Of a stretch of 64,000 bases of DNA, positions 1 through 16,974 are shown piece by piece (positions within the stretch are counted from its first letter, which is position 1; every line of letters begins with the position of its first letter). Where the stretch lies: positions 15,004,001 through 15,068,000 of the forward strand of contig OZ024751.1 of the NCBI GenBank assembly GCA_964016885.1, given 5' to 3'. The notes below the pieces were generated by a model. The model was not told the origin of the DNA and made no database searches. It saw only the letters and a program-made list of their open reading frames with translations. This DNA is from Eledone cirrhosa. Lineage: Eukaryota. The position numbers and the translations under genes are program-made.

Positions 1-992
1 GGAGTTAATGCATGAGAAGTTAAGGTCTATTTTGAGACACATTTCAATAATTAGTAATGGAAACCTCGGAGTTACCTCCCCTCATGCATTAACTCCTTTT
101 AGCCACACACACTTCCGGGTAGTATTTCAATGTCGATTCTCGAAACGTAACATCCTTCTGTATTGAACTAATGAACATCAGACTAGGATTCTCTAACTGG
201 ATTGTCAAACGCTCAATATCGAATTGTCGTGGATTATGTGAGTGGCATATAATCTGAAAAATAAACTCCCCAGACTATGATAATGCCGAAGTACATGAAA
301 TCCATATCATCCCTTCACTGTGCATTTCCAATATTTTTAATATTCTTAATGCTTGCACTATTTTTAATGCTTATATTATTTCTCTATACACAGACTATAA
401 CAATCATATAAAGAATTTGCCACTTGATCAACCAACCTAACACTCTTGTTTACCTACTTAAGTGCTTCTACTACACGTAACTCTCTGCCACACTATATAA
501 ACAAGACGCACGTGCTTGCCACACATATAACACTTGCACTATATAACCGCTTATTTTCATGTTGTATTTTAACCTATATTTTTGATTGTATCTTTTAATA
601 TGAATGTAATCTCTAAATGTGTACTGCCACACTAAATGCTGTAATGAATATTGAGCCGCAATATTTGCATATGTATCTGTATGTCTCTTGGGTGAAAAGC
701 AGGTCATATAAGTGTTCATTCAATAATAAATTGCTCCGAAGACTCCAAACCTCGGTTTGGAGGAAACAGTTGTAAGCATGAAAATGTTTTGAACAGTTCT
801 TTGATTCTTATATTTCATATAACTGCTCTGTAAATCATCTGATGTTTTTACATTGAGCTACTTAACTTACTGGTAATAAGGTAGTAATATATTACTGCCT
901 ACCACTATTTAGGGTTTATATAAAAATATATATAACTGCAAAAGGTTTTTGTATTTACATAACCATAAATAGTATAATTAATACTAATTAAT
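1..992 (+). mobile_element. Degraded PLE-type 3' end/pLTR with hammerhead, running into a (TA)n array
   Basis: 16-bp inverted repeat at 1-16 and 81-96; decayed NTLVYLLKC (GIY-YIG-like) near 440-470; hammerhead at 732-778; (TA)n from about 995. Confidence 0.5.
732..778 (+). ncRNA. Minimal type I hammerhead ribozyme, CCGAAGA core variant
   Basis: TGCT-CCGAAGA-CTCCAAAC(CTCG)GTTTGGAG-GAAA-CAGTTG-TA-AGCA: stem I, perfect 8-bp stem II, GAAA and GUA cleavage site. Confidence 0.75.
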
Positions 993-994
993 AC

Positions 995-3013
<2,019 letters not shown>

Positions 3014-3214
3014 CCCCGATGAAAGACTGACATTCAATAGGTTGAAATATTGTTTTCCCAATAACCTAGAACATGAAGCTAATATGTATTTATGTCATGC
3101 TGTTCGTGTGTGTGTGTGTGTGGTGTGGTGTATGTGTGTGGTGTTGTGCGTGTATGTATGTGTGTGTGTGGTGTTGTAAGTGTGTGAGTGAGTGTCATCA
3201 TTTTTGCATTGAAC

Positions 3215-4043
3215 ACACACATATATATATATACACACACAACACCACACACACACACAACACCACAAACCACACACACGCCACATGGAGGCACACACAT
3301 ACCACACACATACACACCACACGGACACTACACACCACACAAACATACACACCACACACACATACACACACGCCACATGGAGTCACACACATACCACACA
3401 CCACACAGACACTACACACCACACACACACCACATGGAGGCACACACATACACACCACACACGCCACGTGGAGGCACACATACCACACACCACACCGACA
3501 CTACACACCGCACACCACATACACACCACACACGCACGCCACATGATGCACACACATACACACCAGATACACATACACACCAGACACACATACACACCAG
3601 ACACACACACCACATGGGATGCACACACATACCACACACATACACACCACACACACTACACACATACACACCACACACACCCACACCACATGGAGGCACA
3701 CACATACCACACACAGACACTACACACCACACACACACACCACATAGAGGCACACATACACACCACACACACACACTACACACCACATGGAGGCACATAC
3801 ACACCACACATACACCCCACATGGAAGCACACACACACCACAGACACACAAACCACATGGAAGCACGCACACACCCACCACACATACACACACCACATGG
3901 AGGCACATAACACACCACACACACATACACACCACACACATATACACCACACACATACACACCACACACACAACATGGAGGCACATACACACATACACAC
4001 CACAAACACTCACACCACACACACCACATGGAGGCACACACAT
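3215..4043. repeat. Complex (CA)n-rich minisatellite with recurring CACCACATGGAGGCACAC
   Basis: Motif recurs more than ten times among CA runs. Confidence 0.85.
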
Positions 4044-4110
4044 TCTCAAATTTAAAGTGAAAAAAAACAATAGAAAGTGTAACCACAGAACATTTGTTTA
4101 AGTTGTCGCC

Positions 4111-6911
<2,801 letters not shown>

Positions 6912-7262
6912 TCACACACAATTCCCTCACAGCTGTTCTGACAAGCTCTATGTTGTCTGTCATTAAAAACATTGTCAATGTAATTATGTTAATTTTTATG
7001 ATTAATATATGATGGGGACTAATTTAAATAGTATTGTTTACACCCCGAATATCTCTCGTTATTCTCTATGTGTGTGTGTGTGGATGTTTGAAGGTATTTA
7101 TTATATAAGTTTGTGTGTGTGTGTATGTATGCATGTATGTGTGTTTGTAGTTATGTGTATGTATACGGGTTTGTAAGTATGTATGTATGAATGTATGTAG
7201 GTATGTGTATATGTATGTACGTTTGTAGGTATCTGTACATGTATGTATGTGTGTGTGTGTGT

Positions 7263-7307
<45 letters not shown>

Positions 7308-7747
7308 TACGTGTGTGTGTGTGTATGTATATATGAATAAATGAATATATATTTTGGTATGTGTACGTGTGTGTGTGTGTATGAATGTACACATGTATGT
7401 ATGTATGCGTATGAATGCATGTGTGTGTATGGATATATGAATAAATGAATATATATTTAGGTATGTGGCTGTGTGTGTATGTGTGTGCCTCTATGTGTGT
7501 GCGTCTATGTGTGTGTGTCTGCGTGTGTGTGCGCCTGTCTGTGTGTGTGAGTGTGTGTTCATGTTCGTTTTGTTGTTTTTCGTTTTTTGATACTTTAGAA
7601 TCAATGATAGACTTTGTATATCAACAGTTGCCAGTTGAAATAAGTTCACATTTCATGTGAAAACAATGGCACTTGGCTTGAAATATTTAACAAACTGTTA
7701 AAAAAGCAACAATCATTTGCTGGATGATTATTTAAAATTTTATTATT

Positions 7748-9364
7748 ATGGGAGAAGCATCTACTTCGATGGAAGTCAACTCGACTGATTTGTCCGCGCA
7801 TTCATCGATCGATGAGCTGAGTATTTCGAAAATTGGCGCAATTCTTGGACTCTTGATTGGAACATTATTATCCTGTGCTTTCTGTTATGTCTACGTCGGA
7901 CGGAAATTCAATGAAAAACGTAAATGTTCAACAAAACCAGGTGGAAACACCTGGCAGATATTGCTCAAATCTCTCAATATGTTTAGTGGTGGTATATTCT
8001 TGGGAATGTCTTTACTATATCTACTTCCAGAATCTTCTTCAGATTTATCTTCATATTTAGAATTAATGGATTACAGAACTTCCTATCCCATATGTGAAAT
8101 GATTGTGTCGATAGGATTTTTCCTTGTATTGTTACTAGAACGTGCTGTGGTCATCCTATTTAAGATTTGTGAAAAATCCAATGAAACCTCTGCCAAACAA
8201 TTAAATAATCCTCATGAAACCTACCGTTCCTACAAAAGCACGGAATATTCGCACGTTAATGATCCAGTCGGAATAAAACCTCCAGTGTCATCATCATCAT
8301 CATCGTCGTCGCCACCATCATTGTCGATATTATCACCACCACCAACAGCAGAAGTAATCGAATTATCAGCGATCACACCAAGAGATGATAAAAGTGAAAC
8401 TAAGACCACCACAGTCGAAATCCACCCCAATGACGGTACAGCAAGGAAAGTGTGTTTTCATATTATTCAACAGGAATTTCTACCTAGTAACGACCAATGT
8501 CAAAACAGTACAGCCTTTAGTAGTTTGCCTACAAAAGATAAAACTCACAACAAATGCACCAACTTCACAGAGGCTATCGAAGAATTCTGTATTCTTATAC
8601 CTAAACATTGTGTATGTTCAACAGAGAATCACTTAGTAGACATACAGAATGGCAAGCTTATTTGTCAAGATTTCAATAACAAACAGAAAGCGTTATGTCG
8701 TAGTCATTCGTCGATCGGGTTTTACGGTTCTAATATTACCGATCAATCAAATATGTCATTACATTTCGCTAATGATAAAACGTGTTATCATAATGGTCTA
8801 GAATGTTCAACACACGATCATAAAAAAAGACCCGTTAAAAGTATTTCAAGTGACCAAGATACGGAGAAAAATACGTCGGTATCAGGTACGGAAGAGGACG
8901 ATGACCTCCACCAATCCCGTGCTATAATCTTACTTCTTGTGTTGACATTTCATTCGCTTTTCGACGGAATAACTTTGGGATTACGTCAAGAAACATTGGA
9001 TATTTTTACAATTATGTTTGCTCTCATTTTACACAAATGTTTGATTGCCTTTGGTTTGACGTTGAAATTACGAGAGACATTTACTGATCGTCTGTGGAGA
9101 GTTAAACTTTGGTTAATCCTCTTCTCGTTAATTTCTCCAATAGGAGCCGCCATTGGATGGATACTTTCTAATAGTGGAGTCGACAATACGGCTTTCCATA
9201 AAGGACTTTCTGGAATTCTAACAAGTATTTCAACAGGTACATTTTTTTACGTGACATTTTTCGAAATTCTCGGCCCTCAACTTGTTAGTCATAAAGGTAA
9301 CTCTGTTGAAATATTATCAATTCTGATAGGTTTTGGTATCATGGCGGGTCTCAGAATATTATAA
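7748..9364 (+). CDS. ZIP (SLC39, ZIP1/2/3-like) zinc/metal transporter, 538 aa, single coding exon
   Basis: Motifs FSGGIFLG..LL.LLPE, YP..E.IV..GFFLVLLLE, HSLFDGITLG, LHK.L.AFGL, FSLISPIG, STGTFFYVTFFEIL; about 8 hydrophobic segments; ORF uninterrupted. Confidence 0.93.
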   Translation: MGEASTSMEVNSTDLSAHSSIDELSISKIGAILGLLIGTLLSCAFCYVYVGRKFNEKRKCSTKPGGNTWQILLKSLNMFSGGIFLGMSLLYLLPESSSDLSSYLELMDYRTSYPICEMIVSIGFFLVLLLERAVVILFKICEKSNETSAKQLNNPHETYRSYKSTEYSHVNDPVGIKPPVSSSSSSSSPPSLSILSPPPTAEVIELSAITPRDDKSETKTTTVEIHPNDGTARKVCFHIIQQEFLPSNDQCQNSTAFSSLPTKDKTHNKCTNFTEAIEEFCILIPKHCVCSTENHLVDIQNGKLICQDFNNKQKALCRSHSSIGFYGSNITDQSNMSLHFANDKTCYHNGLECSTHDHKKRPVKSISSDQDTEKNTSVSGTEEDDDLHQSRAIILLLVLTFHSLFDGITLGLRQETLDIFTIMFALILHKCLIAFGLTLKLRETFTDRLWRVKLWLILFSLISPIGAAIGWILSNSGVDNTAFHKGLSGILTSISTGTFFYVTFFEILGPQLVSHKGNSVEILSILIGFGIMAGLRIL

Positions 9365-9785
9365 TGTTTGATGTCGATTCTCAGATAAATGGACATTATT
9401 CACAGACACACGAATATCTTCAATGCTTCAATGTTAAAACAGTAAAAGAGCTAACAGATGTAATTTAAACAGAATCTGTTACATTCAGCAGAAGAGATCA
9501 CCAAATATGTAGATCGAAAAATAAACAATATATGAATATAACAGTGTTGGTGAAATTGAAAAATGTAAACTCTAATTTACTTTAATTTTAGATATATCAA
9601 AATATACAGATACTGTTTTTTTGTTTCTAGTTTTCAGTTTTGTTGTTATTTTTTGTGGGAGGTGATTTGACTGGAGAGAAAAAAATACAAGTCCAAATAT
9701 ACAACACCTGTCATTCAAACTGAGATATTTATTTTCAGGTAATATATTTCACCTTAACAAAAGAGACACCTCACATTTCAAAAAC

Positions 9786-9900
9786 AAACACGTTTTATTT
9801 GATAGTCGAACAAATTAAAACATGTTTTATTTGATAATTGAACAAATTATAACACGTTTTATTTAATAATTGAACAAATTAAAACACGTTTATTTGATAA
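9786..9900. repeat. About 31-bp tandem repeat x4 (AACACGTTTTATTTGATAATTGAACAAATTA)
   Basis: Directly visible. Confidence 0.85.
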
Positions 9901-10009
9901 TTAATACAAAGTTCTTTTCTCGTTTTATTTCACGTTTGCCTTACTCAGGAAACTTATATGTCTATCTGTCTGTCTGTTGTTGTTGTTGTTGTTGTTGTTG
10001 TTATAAAGG

Positions 10010-10400
10010 TTCATAGACTGGCAGAACCGTTAGAGCGCCAGACAAAATTATTTGCGGCATTTATCACTGCTCTTTACAGTCTGAGTTCAAACCACACCGA
10101 GGTAAGCTTTATCTTTTATCTTTCCGGGACTGATAGAATAAAGTACCAGTCATGTACGAGGGTCGATATTATCGATCTTCATCTCCTCACCCCAAAATTA
10201 CCTTGTGCCTAAGTTAGAAGCCATTATTATTGTCTTTTTTTGTAGCATAGCGTTCTAATCCTGCCAAGGTTAGCTTTGCCTTTCATCCTTATGGAGTCGA
10301 TAAAATAAAGTACCAGTAATGCACTGGTGTCGATTTAATCAACTTTCCCCTCCCCTTCAAATTGCTGGCCTTGTGCCAAATGTAGAAACAATTATTATTG
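10010..10400 (+). mobile_element. Two degraded copies of tRNA-derived SINE family A
   Basis: GAGTTCAAA B-box; GCCTTTCATCC..GTCGATAAAATAAAGTACCAG central domain; GGCCTTGTGCCAAA.GTAGAAACAATTATT tail. Confidence 0.75.
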
Positions 10401-10623
10401 TTGTTTTTAATGTTTTCGCCGCCGTCATCCTTGTTGTTGTTGTACCCTTAGCTAATAATGATTACTTTCAGAGGCCTAACGTCTCTAATTTACAAGAGAG
10501 AAGAATGAGAGTGTGTGAGGTTGATGCCTCTCACAAGAGAACACGAAGAGTAGGTATCCAGACTACCTCGAACTTTTCGCGCCGAGAAGTTAACTGTTCA
10601 GTATCAACTAAATTTATGTATTA

Positions 10624-10655
10624 CTAGCAGCAGTACCCGGCCCTGCCCGGGTTAA
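10624..10655 (-). mobile_element. Helitron-type 3' terminus (hairpin + CTAG)
   Basis: Minus strand ACCCGGGCAGGGCCGGGT-ACTGCTG-CTAG|T, the same form as the ends at 34379 and 38299; 5' end not located. Confidence 0.6.
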
Positions 10656-10754
10656 TAGAAAGTATCCCATGAAGTCACTTATATGACCTATTTGAATTAT
10701 ATTTACTCCCAGGAACTGAAACCAAGCTTTGAATTCAACCCCTTTTTATCTCTT

Positions 10755-10798
<44 letters not shown>

Positions 10799-10801
10799 AC
10801 A

Positions 10802-10848
<47 letters not shown>

Positions 10849-11649
10849 TTACACATTCGTCCACCCACCCCACCCACTCCACACACCGAGTACATCAAGC
10901 AACACACGTTTGTATGTATTAAACTACAAAAAGAAATATAGAGAAGAGAAACTAGTGTTACGGTTCTTTTTCTTTTTATCTTTCCTTACAGTACATTTTT
11001 GTTTAACCAAGTTCTCGTTTAATATATACAAATACAGGCAAATATATACAAATATCCACGGCATAGTTTTAAAATTCTTTCCTTATACATTCTTGTTTGT
11101 TTATCATTTAATAAGTAGATATAAGCAGGGGCCTCGTTTGACTTTAAAATGTGAGGGAGTACAAACCAACATTTGTTGATTCTTAAAGAAGCATAAATTG
11201 CTTATGGAACCTTTCCCGGACCCTATCACATAAGTAAAATTTTATGCTAATTAAATTTTATATAGTCAAATGAAATTCAGATTTAAAAAAATAAGCTTAA
11301 AAAGAATTTATTATATCAAATAAACAAAGAATAAAACATAAACGTTTGAAAAAGTGGGGTGGGGGGACTTGTCCCCTGATTCCTCCCTGAAACAAGGCCT
11401 TGGATATAAGTATTGTGTTTATATTAGAAATCAATAACGAAGTTTTATTTTTTTCGTCATCGTTGGAGGCTCGTCTTACAGAAGTATCAAGATGATGCCC
11501 GTGAGGATACTTGGCTGTTCCAGTGCCCCAGGCTCGCTATCAACCGCAGTATTGCTGTAGGAATTTGGTGGTGTCTTTAAAATGTTTAGAAGGAAACACC
11601 AGCATTTTTCGTTGTAGTGTGTATGTTGTATTTTGTTTTGTTTTTTCAT

Positions 11650-11741
11650 TTTTTAAACTATTTTTTAAAACTATTTTTAAAACTATTTTTTAAAACTATT
11701 TTTAAAACTATTTTTAAAACTATTTTTTAAAACTATTTTTT
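11650..11741. repeat. 12-13-bp tandem repeat TTTTTAAAACTA x7
   Basis: Directly visible. Confidence 0.9.
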
Positions 11742-11758
11742 ATTATTATTATCCATTT

Positions 11759-11953
11759 GGGCGGTGGATTGGCAGAATCGGTAGAGCGTCGGACAACATG
11801 CTTTGCAGCATAGAGTTATGGCCCTTTATGTTCTGAGTTCAAATCCTGCCGAGGTTAGCTTTGCCTTTCATCCTTACGGGATCGATAAAATAAAGTACCA
11901 GTAATGTAGTGAGTAATTGCTGGCCTTGTGCCAAAAGTAGAAACAATTATTAC
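11759..11953 (+). mobile_element. Full-length SINE family A with target-site duplication
   Basis: A-box TGGCAGAATCGG, B-box GAGTTCAAATCC, central domain, TTA tail; TATCCATTTG on both flanks. Central domain resembles the Meta-SINE domain (from memory). Confidence 0.88.
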
Positions 11954-12238
11954 TATCCATTTGATAGGAAATCTTCCGTCGATTTCGACAATGAACATTC
12001 AGTTGTTCGATCAACTGAAGGTCCAATTCATGAACTGACGTGTGAATGGTTGAGTATTCCACAGACACGTGTGCCCTTAATGTATTTCTCTGGCAGAATC
12101 AGCGTGACACAATAAGTGACAAGGCTGGACTTTTTAATTGCATGTACATGTCGTCTAATTGGCTTTCATGCAGTTTCTGTCTACTCAATTTCACTCGCAG
12201 GTTTTGGGTCGACCTGATGCTAACGTGAAGACCATATC

Positions 12239-12313
<75 letters not shown>

Positions 12314-12315
<2 letters not shown>

Positions 12316-13114
12316 CTTATAGCCTCGTTTAAATGATTTTTTGTGTGGTTGATTTATGCTGATTGGGAGAATAAATACTGTATATATTTTATCTAATGAT
12401 TCTATGGACTTACTTTTTATATATTGCTCTGATTATTAATTATTTAATTAATTCGTCATTGAGCCACACCGTGAATGGTTGCCAAAAACATATATATCTA
12501 TATCTATGGCTTTGTCTCGGTTATGTGTATATACCCTTTAAATTTTATATACTCCCGTAAGGTTGAGTAAATCTTTAGGCAGTATTCGGCTGCGCTTTCT
12601 AGCAACCAGCCTACTCGCCGACAGGTACCAATCATAAACTTTCTGCCGTGACCACTAGCCACGTGACGATTCTTAGCCATTTTGAATTCGTTTCTGGCGG
12701 GGATCATGTAAGAAAAATCTTTGTCCAATTGAGTTTATCTCCTGATGATTTCCAACCTCGTTGATTTATCTAAGATCGGATATATCCAAAAAGTGAATGA
12801 AACCGCCGGGGGTGGAGATATTTTGATGATTTTGGTATGTGTATGTACATTTTTTCTTCTAACTTTGATTTTGTACCTAATTATGTATGGTTAACTATAT
12901 GTCTAGTCAATTTCTACAGGGTATCAGAAATACTAGGTAAATTTTCTGTAGCTGTGAGTCACGGATAAGAAGCTATATCGTTTATCTATTGTTTCTTCAT
13001 AAGTATATTTTAAACTTATAGCCTCGTTTAAATGATTTTTTGTGGGGTTGATTTAGCTGATTGGGAGAAGAAATACTGTATATATTTTATCTAATGAATC
13101 TATGGACTTACTTT
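12314..13114 (+). mobile_element. Non-coding partial tandem unit (699-bp period) between (TA)n arrays; retrozyme-like or non-autonomous PLE
   Basis: About 100-bp direct repeats at 12314-12415 and 13013-13114; hammerhead-like motif at 12736-12820. Confidence 0.6.
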
Positions 13115-13137
13115 ATATATATATATATATATATATA

Positions 13138-13531
13138 CGAGGGTAATCCCAAAAGTAAAGTCTCCAAAGTGATGGGGACGCAGAGAAACTGTTCGTACGG
13201 CTGTTTGCAACACTCTTGTGATTGGTGATTCCTTCACTCCCAAATAAGCATGCGTGCGCTTCGCTGGGATGCTCAATCTTGGCTTGGCACCAGTTGAGAA
13301 TGGAGCTCCCATTGAACGCTACCACCAAGTGCGAATTTCGCGCAGTTATTATATACGAGGGTAATCCCAAAAGTAAGGTCTCCTTCCGAGGAAAACATGC
13401 GTAAAGATCGGCGGATCACTCTGGTTGCTCTCTGCATTTTGGTTCCTGAGGTTTCCCGAAGCACTATCCACAGGATTTTAACGGAAAAGTTGCAATATCG
13501 GAAGGAGACCTTACTTTTGGGATTGCCCTCG
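13138..13531 (+). mobile_element. Internally deleted mariner, two left TIRs and one right TIR
   Basis: TA|CGAGGGTAATCCCAAAAGTAA at 13138 and 13356; inverse at 13504-13531; transposase remnants MELPLNATTKCEFRAVI and DRRITL..EVSRSTIHRILTEKLQYRK. Confidence 0.9.
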
Positions 13532-16000
13532 TATATATATATATATATATATATATATTAGGTATAGGATTATCCTGGATGCAGTAATGGTTAATTACTG
13601 CACTGGATAGAGTTGACGTACGGTGAGGGGTTACTCAACGAGTTATGGAAGAATAGTTGAAGAAACTCAGTTCCTGATCCTTCTGTATTCCGGAGTGTAG
13701 ATAAAGAATGAATAATTGTTTCTACTTTTGGCACAAGGCCAGCAATTATCCAGTACATTACTGGTACTTTATTTTATCGACCCCGTAAGGATGAAAGGCA
13801 AACATATACTTGACAGAGTAATAACTCAATTGAAAAAGAAAATAGAAATTAAAAAGCGAAGCAATTCGCTGGTTTAATAACGTTAAGAACAAGAATAAAT
13901 CTAAGTTTATACAATTTGACATAGACGAATACTACTCTTCAATCTCACCCAGCACTTTACGTAAGGCCCTATCGTTTGCCAAAGTCAATTCCGACCTAAC
14001 GGAGGACGAAATTAATATTATTCTAGAGGCTAGAAAAACTATTATCAAGTTTGATAACTGCTACTGGGAACGTAAGGACAGACCCACAAACTTCGACATT
14101 ACCATGGGCTCCAACGACTCAGCGGAGGTCACCGATCTTGTGGGAATTTACATAGCCCACATACTACATGGAACATTTAGTAATCTACAGGGGGGAATAT
14201 ATAGAGATGACGGGCTCTTATTAGTTAATAACTTAAATAACCAAAATCATGAAAGGCTACGGAAAAACATTAGAAAATCTTTTAGTGAACTGGGTCTAAA
14301 AATAACATACGAATACAATCTTAAAGTAGTAAACTTTCTGGACGTAACTCTTAATTTAAATACCGGACTGATACGACCTTTCCACAAGATAAATGAGAAC
14401 CTTACCTATATCAATTTTAACTCAAACCACCCACTTTCCATGATCAAATCGGTTCCCCGTAGTATTTCTCTTAGAATCTCTCGCCTATCGTCTAACTCTG
14501 AGATTTTCAGTGAACATGCTGAATGCTATAATAATGCATTAAGGAATGCCGACCACCGGGATACAATAGAATACATTGATAAGAATCTCCATAACACACA
14601 TAGCTCTACACGAAATCAAAGAATACGCAGCCGGGGTACTGAAATACAAGCGCACACACGCAGTACCACCAGACATACTAATAATAGAAAATCATCACCA
14701 AATAAATCACGCTGTAGAAAGTATATCTGGTATAATCCCATTTTTAATGCTTCGATTAGTACAAAACTATCTCTTTCATTCTTTAAGTTAATCAACAAGC
14801 ATTTCCCTAGTTCCATAAACACAGTAAAATTCTGAACTCTAAGACTATTAAGCTATCATACTCCACGGCACTAAACCTTGAAGCATACATAAAAAAAACT
14901 TAACTTAAAGCAATTAAACAACACTAAAAAACAAAATATTTTAATAACAGCTGAGCATAACGTAATATCGGCCTCCTAACCACTAAATGGGAGACGGGTA
15001 TTACACAACCCACCTGAACTGTTATCCCAACCTATCCATGGTATACCCGCTACCCACAATAAAAACTGCAACTGCCATCTACCTGAAAGATGTCCATTGA
15101 AGAATAAATGCCTAAAGTCGAACATTGTTTATCAATGCCCTGTTGAATCGAACGACCAGAAATGGTATTATATCGGGTCTACCACTACCTCCTTTAAATC
15201 TCGCTGGTATCGTCATCAATTCTCAATTAAACATCATAATCACCGTTTTGTGACCACGCTCGCCAACAAGACCTGGCAACTCCGTGAACGCAACCAACAC
15301 TTCACCTTGAAATGGGATATACTTTCCAGCGCTAGTGCATATCGGAGTGGATTGAAGTACTGCAGGTTATGTAACCTTGAACTCTTTTACATCTTAAAAT
15401 CCAAAAATAAATTACTAAATGACAGAATCGAACGATCATTATACTGCAACCACAAACTGAAGGCTAAATTCTCTCACTATAAAATAACTTAACATTCGAA
15501 CCCGTAACTATAGCTTTGCTTTCTAGCTAACTACTTTCTCTCAATAACAACTTCTTAACTATATCCCCCACACTACAAGACAATACCCTGCTTATCACTA
15601 TAAATGGATACTTAGTGCAATTTGTAGCCTACAACTATGAACTCAATGTACACCCATCCCATAGTTTTCGTCTGTCCCCTCTCTATCTCTCCCTCTCTCT
15701 CTCTCTCTCGCCCTCGGTCCACCTCCCTCCCTCTCCACATCTATGAACCTGCCCTCTGGCAATAAATAATTCCAACCTTAACTATCAACGCATCGCTTAA
15801 GGCTGTCGCTTTAAGAGTAACCGGTATAATAAAACCCCTACCACAACATTTTGATTAAGATATCTGTATTCTACAAACCACTCTCTCCTATTTCTCCAAC
15901 CCCTGCATATCTCTCTCTCCCCTTCTTTCTCTTCCTTTTCTACTCTATCTTCCCCAATAACCTCACTTAAGGGTATTTACATTTTACATTTTAACCATTC

Positions 16001-16112
16001 TGCTCTGAGGATACAGTGGTCACAGCATTTGATAATTGAGTTTTGCAAATAGTTATAAATTTGCACATATCATAACTAGGCTGTATAACCACCGTGGAAA
16101 GATTTGTAAGCA
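16001..16112 (+). ncRNA. Type I hammerhead with about 85-nt extended stem II
   Basis: TGCT-CTGAGGA-TACAGTGGT...ACCACCGTG-GAAA-GATTTG-TA-AGCA; AATAAA at 16118. Confidence 0.7.
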
Positions 16113-16163
16113 CACAGAATAAATTACCTTTTTATGATGTCTACCTGTTATTAATTATTCTTT

Positions 16164-16345
16164 GGATTGGCAGTATCGGTAGAGGGTCGGACGCCATGCT
16201 TTGACGCGTAGAGTTACGGCCCTTGTTATTCTGAGTTCAAATCCCGCCGAGGTTAACTTTGCCTTTCATCCTTACGGGGTCGATAAAATAAAGTACCAGT
16301 AATACACTGGTGATTGCTGGCCTTGTGCCAAAAGTAGAAACAATT
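16164..16345 (+). mobile_element. SINE family A inserted in the PLE pLTR
   Basis: TTAATTATTCTTT duplicated on both sides; absent from the inverted pLTR copy. Confidence 0.92.
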
Positions 16346-16383
16346 AATTATTCTTTATATTTATGTATATATATATATATATA

Positions 16384-16657
16384 TAAATATAAAGAATAAT
16401 TAATAACAGGTAGACATCATAAAAAGGTAATTTATTCTGTGTGCTTACAAATCTTTCCACGGTGGTTATACAGCCTAGTTATGATATGTGCAAATTTATA
16501 ACTATTTGCAAAACTCAATTATCAAATGCTGTGACCACTGTATCCTTAGAGCAGAATGGTTAAAATGTAAAATGCAAATACCCTTAAGTGAGGTTATTGG
16601 GCAAGATAGAGTAGAAAAAGAAGAGAAAGAAGGGGAGAGGGAGAGAGAGATATGCAA
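16384..16657 (-). mobile_element. Inverted copy of the pLTR, tail-to-tail with the PLE
   Basis: Reverse complement of 15904-16163 with a few substitutions; hammerhead core reads CTAAGGA. Confidence 0.9.
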
Positions 16658-16947
16658 GGGAACAACACATCACCCGGTCCGAGAATTGAACTCACAACCT
16701 TTCGATTGCAAGCCCAATGCTCTAACCACTAAACCATGCGCGTTCATATATATATTGGGCTTGCAATCGAAAGGTTGTGAGTTCGATTCTCGGACCGGGT
16801 GGTGTGTTGTTTCCTTGAGCAAGACACTTTATTTCACGTTGCTCCAGTTTACTTAGCTGTAGAAATGAGTAACAGCCTGCCCGCCCAGCCAGTGGGATGG
16901 CGTTATCTTATGGCTAAAACACCACGACGTGCTGTGACGGGTGGTGA
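16658..16947. mobile_element. tRNA-derived SINE family B: inverted head (-) followed by a + copy
   Basis: TGGTTTAGTGG A-box, GAGTTC[AG]ATTC B-box, CCTTGAGCAAGACACTTTA CORE-like domain; same family at 40526 and 41536. Confidence 0.8.
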
Positions 16948-16974
16948 TATATATATATGTATATTTGGGGGGGG

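Larger units (their letters stand above)
13799..16362 (+). mobile_element. 5'-truncated Penelope-like element (RT + C-terminal GIY-YIG, frameshifted) with hammerhead pLTR
   Basis: RT open 13861-14835 (IQFDIDEYY, TMGSNDSAEV.DLVG, GIYRDDGL, VNFLDVTL); endonuclease about 15060-15492 (CNC..CPL, NIVYQC, YYIGST, CRLC); hammerhead, AATAAA, then (TA)n. Confidence 0.92.

Noticed and set aside
3014-3056. CCGATGA...GAAA-TATTG-TT hammerhead-like string
   Set aside because: No stem I and poor stem II; at best a decayed relic, not counted
13571-13610. Hairpin TGCAGTAAT/ATTACTGCA upstream of the PLE
   Set aside because: No catalytic core or second copy seen; function cannot be supported
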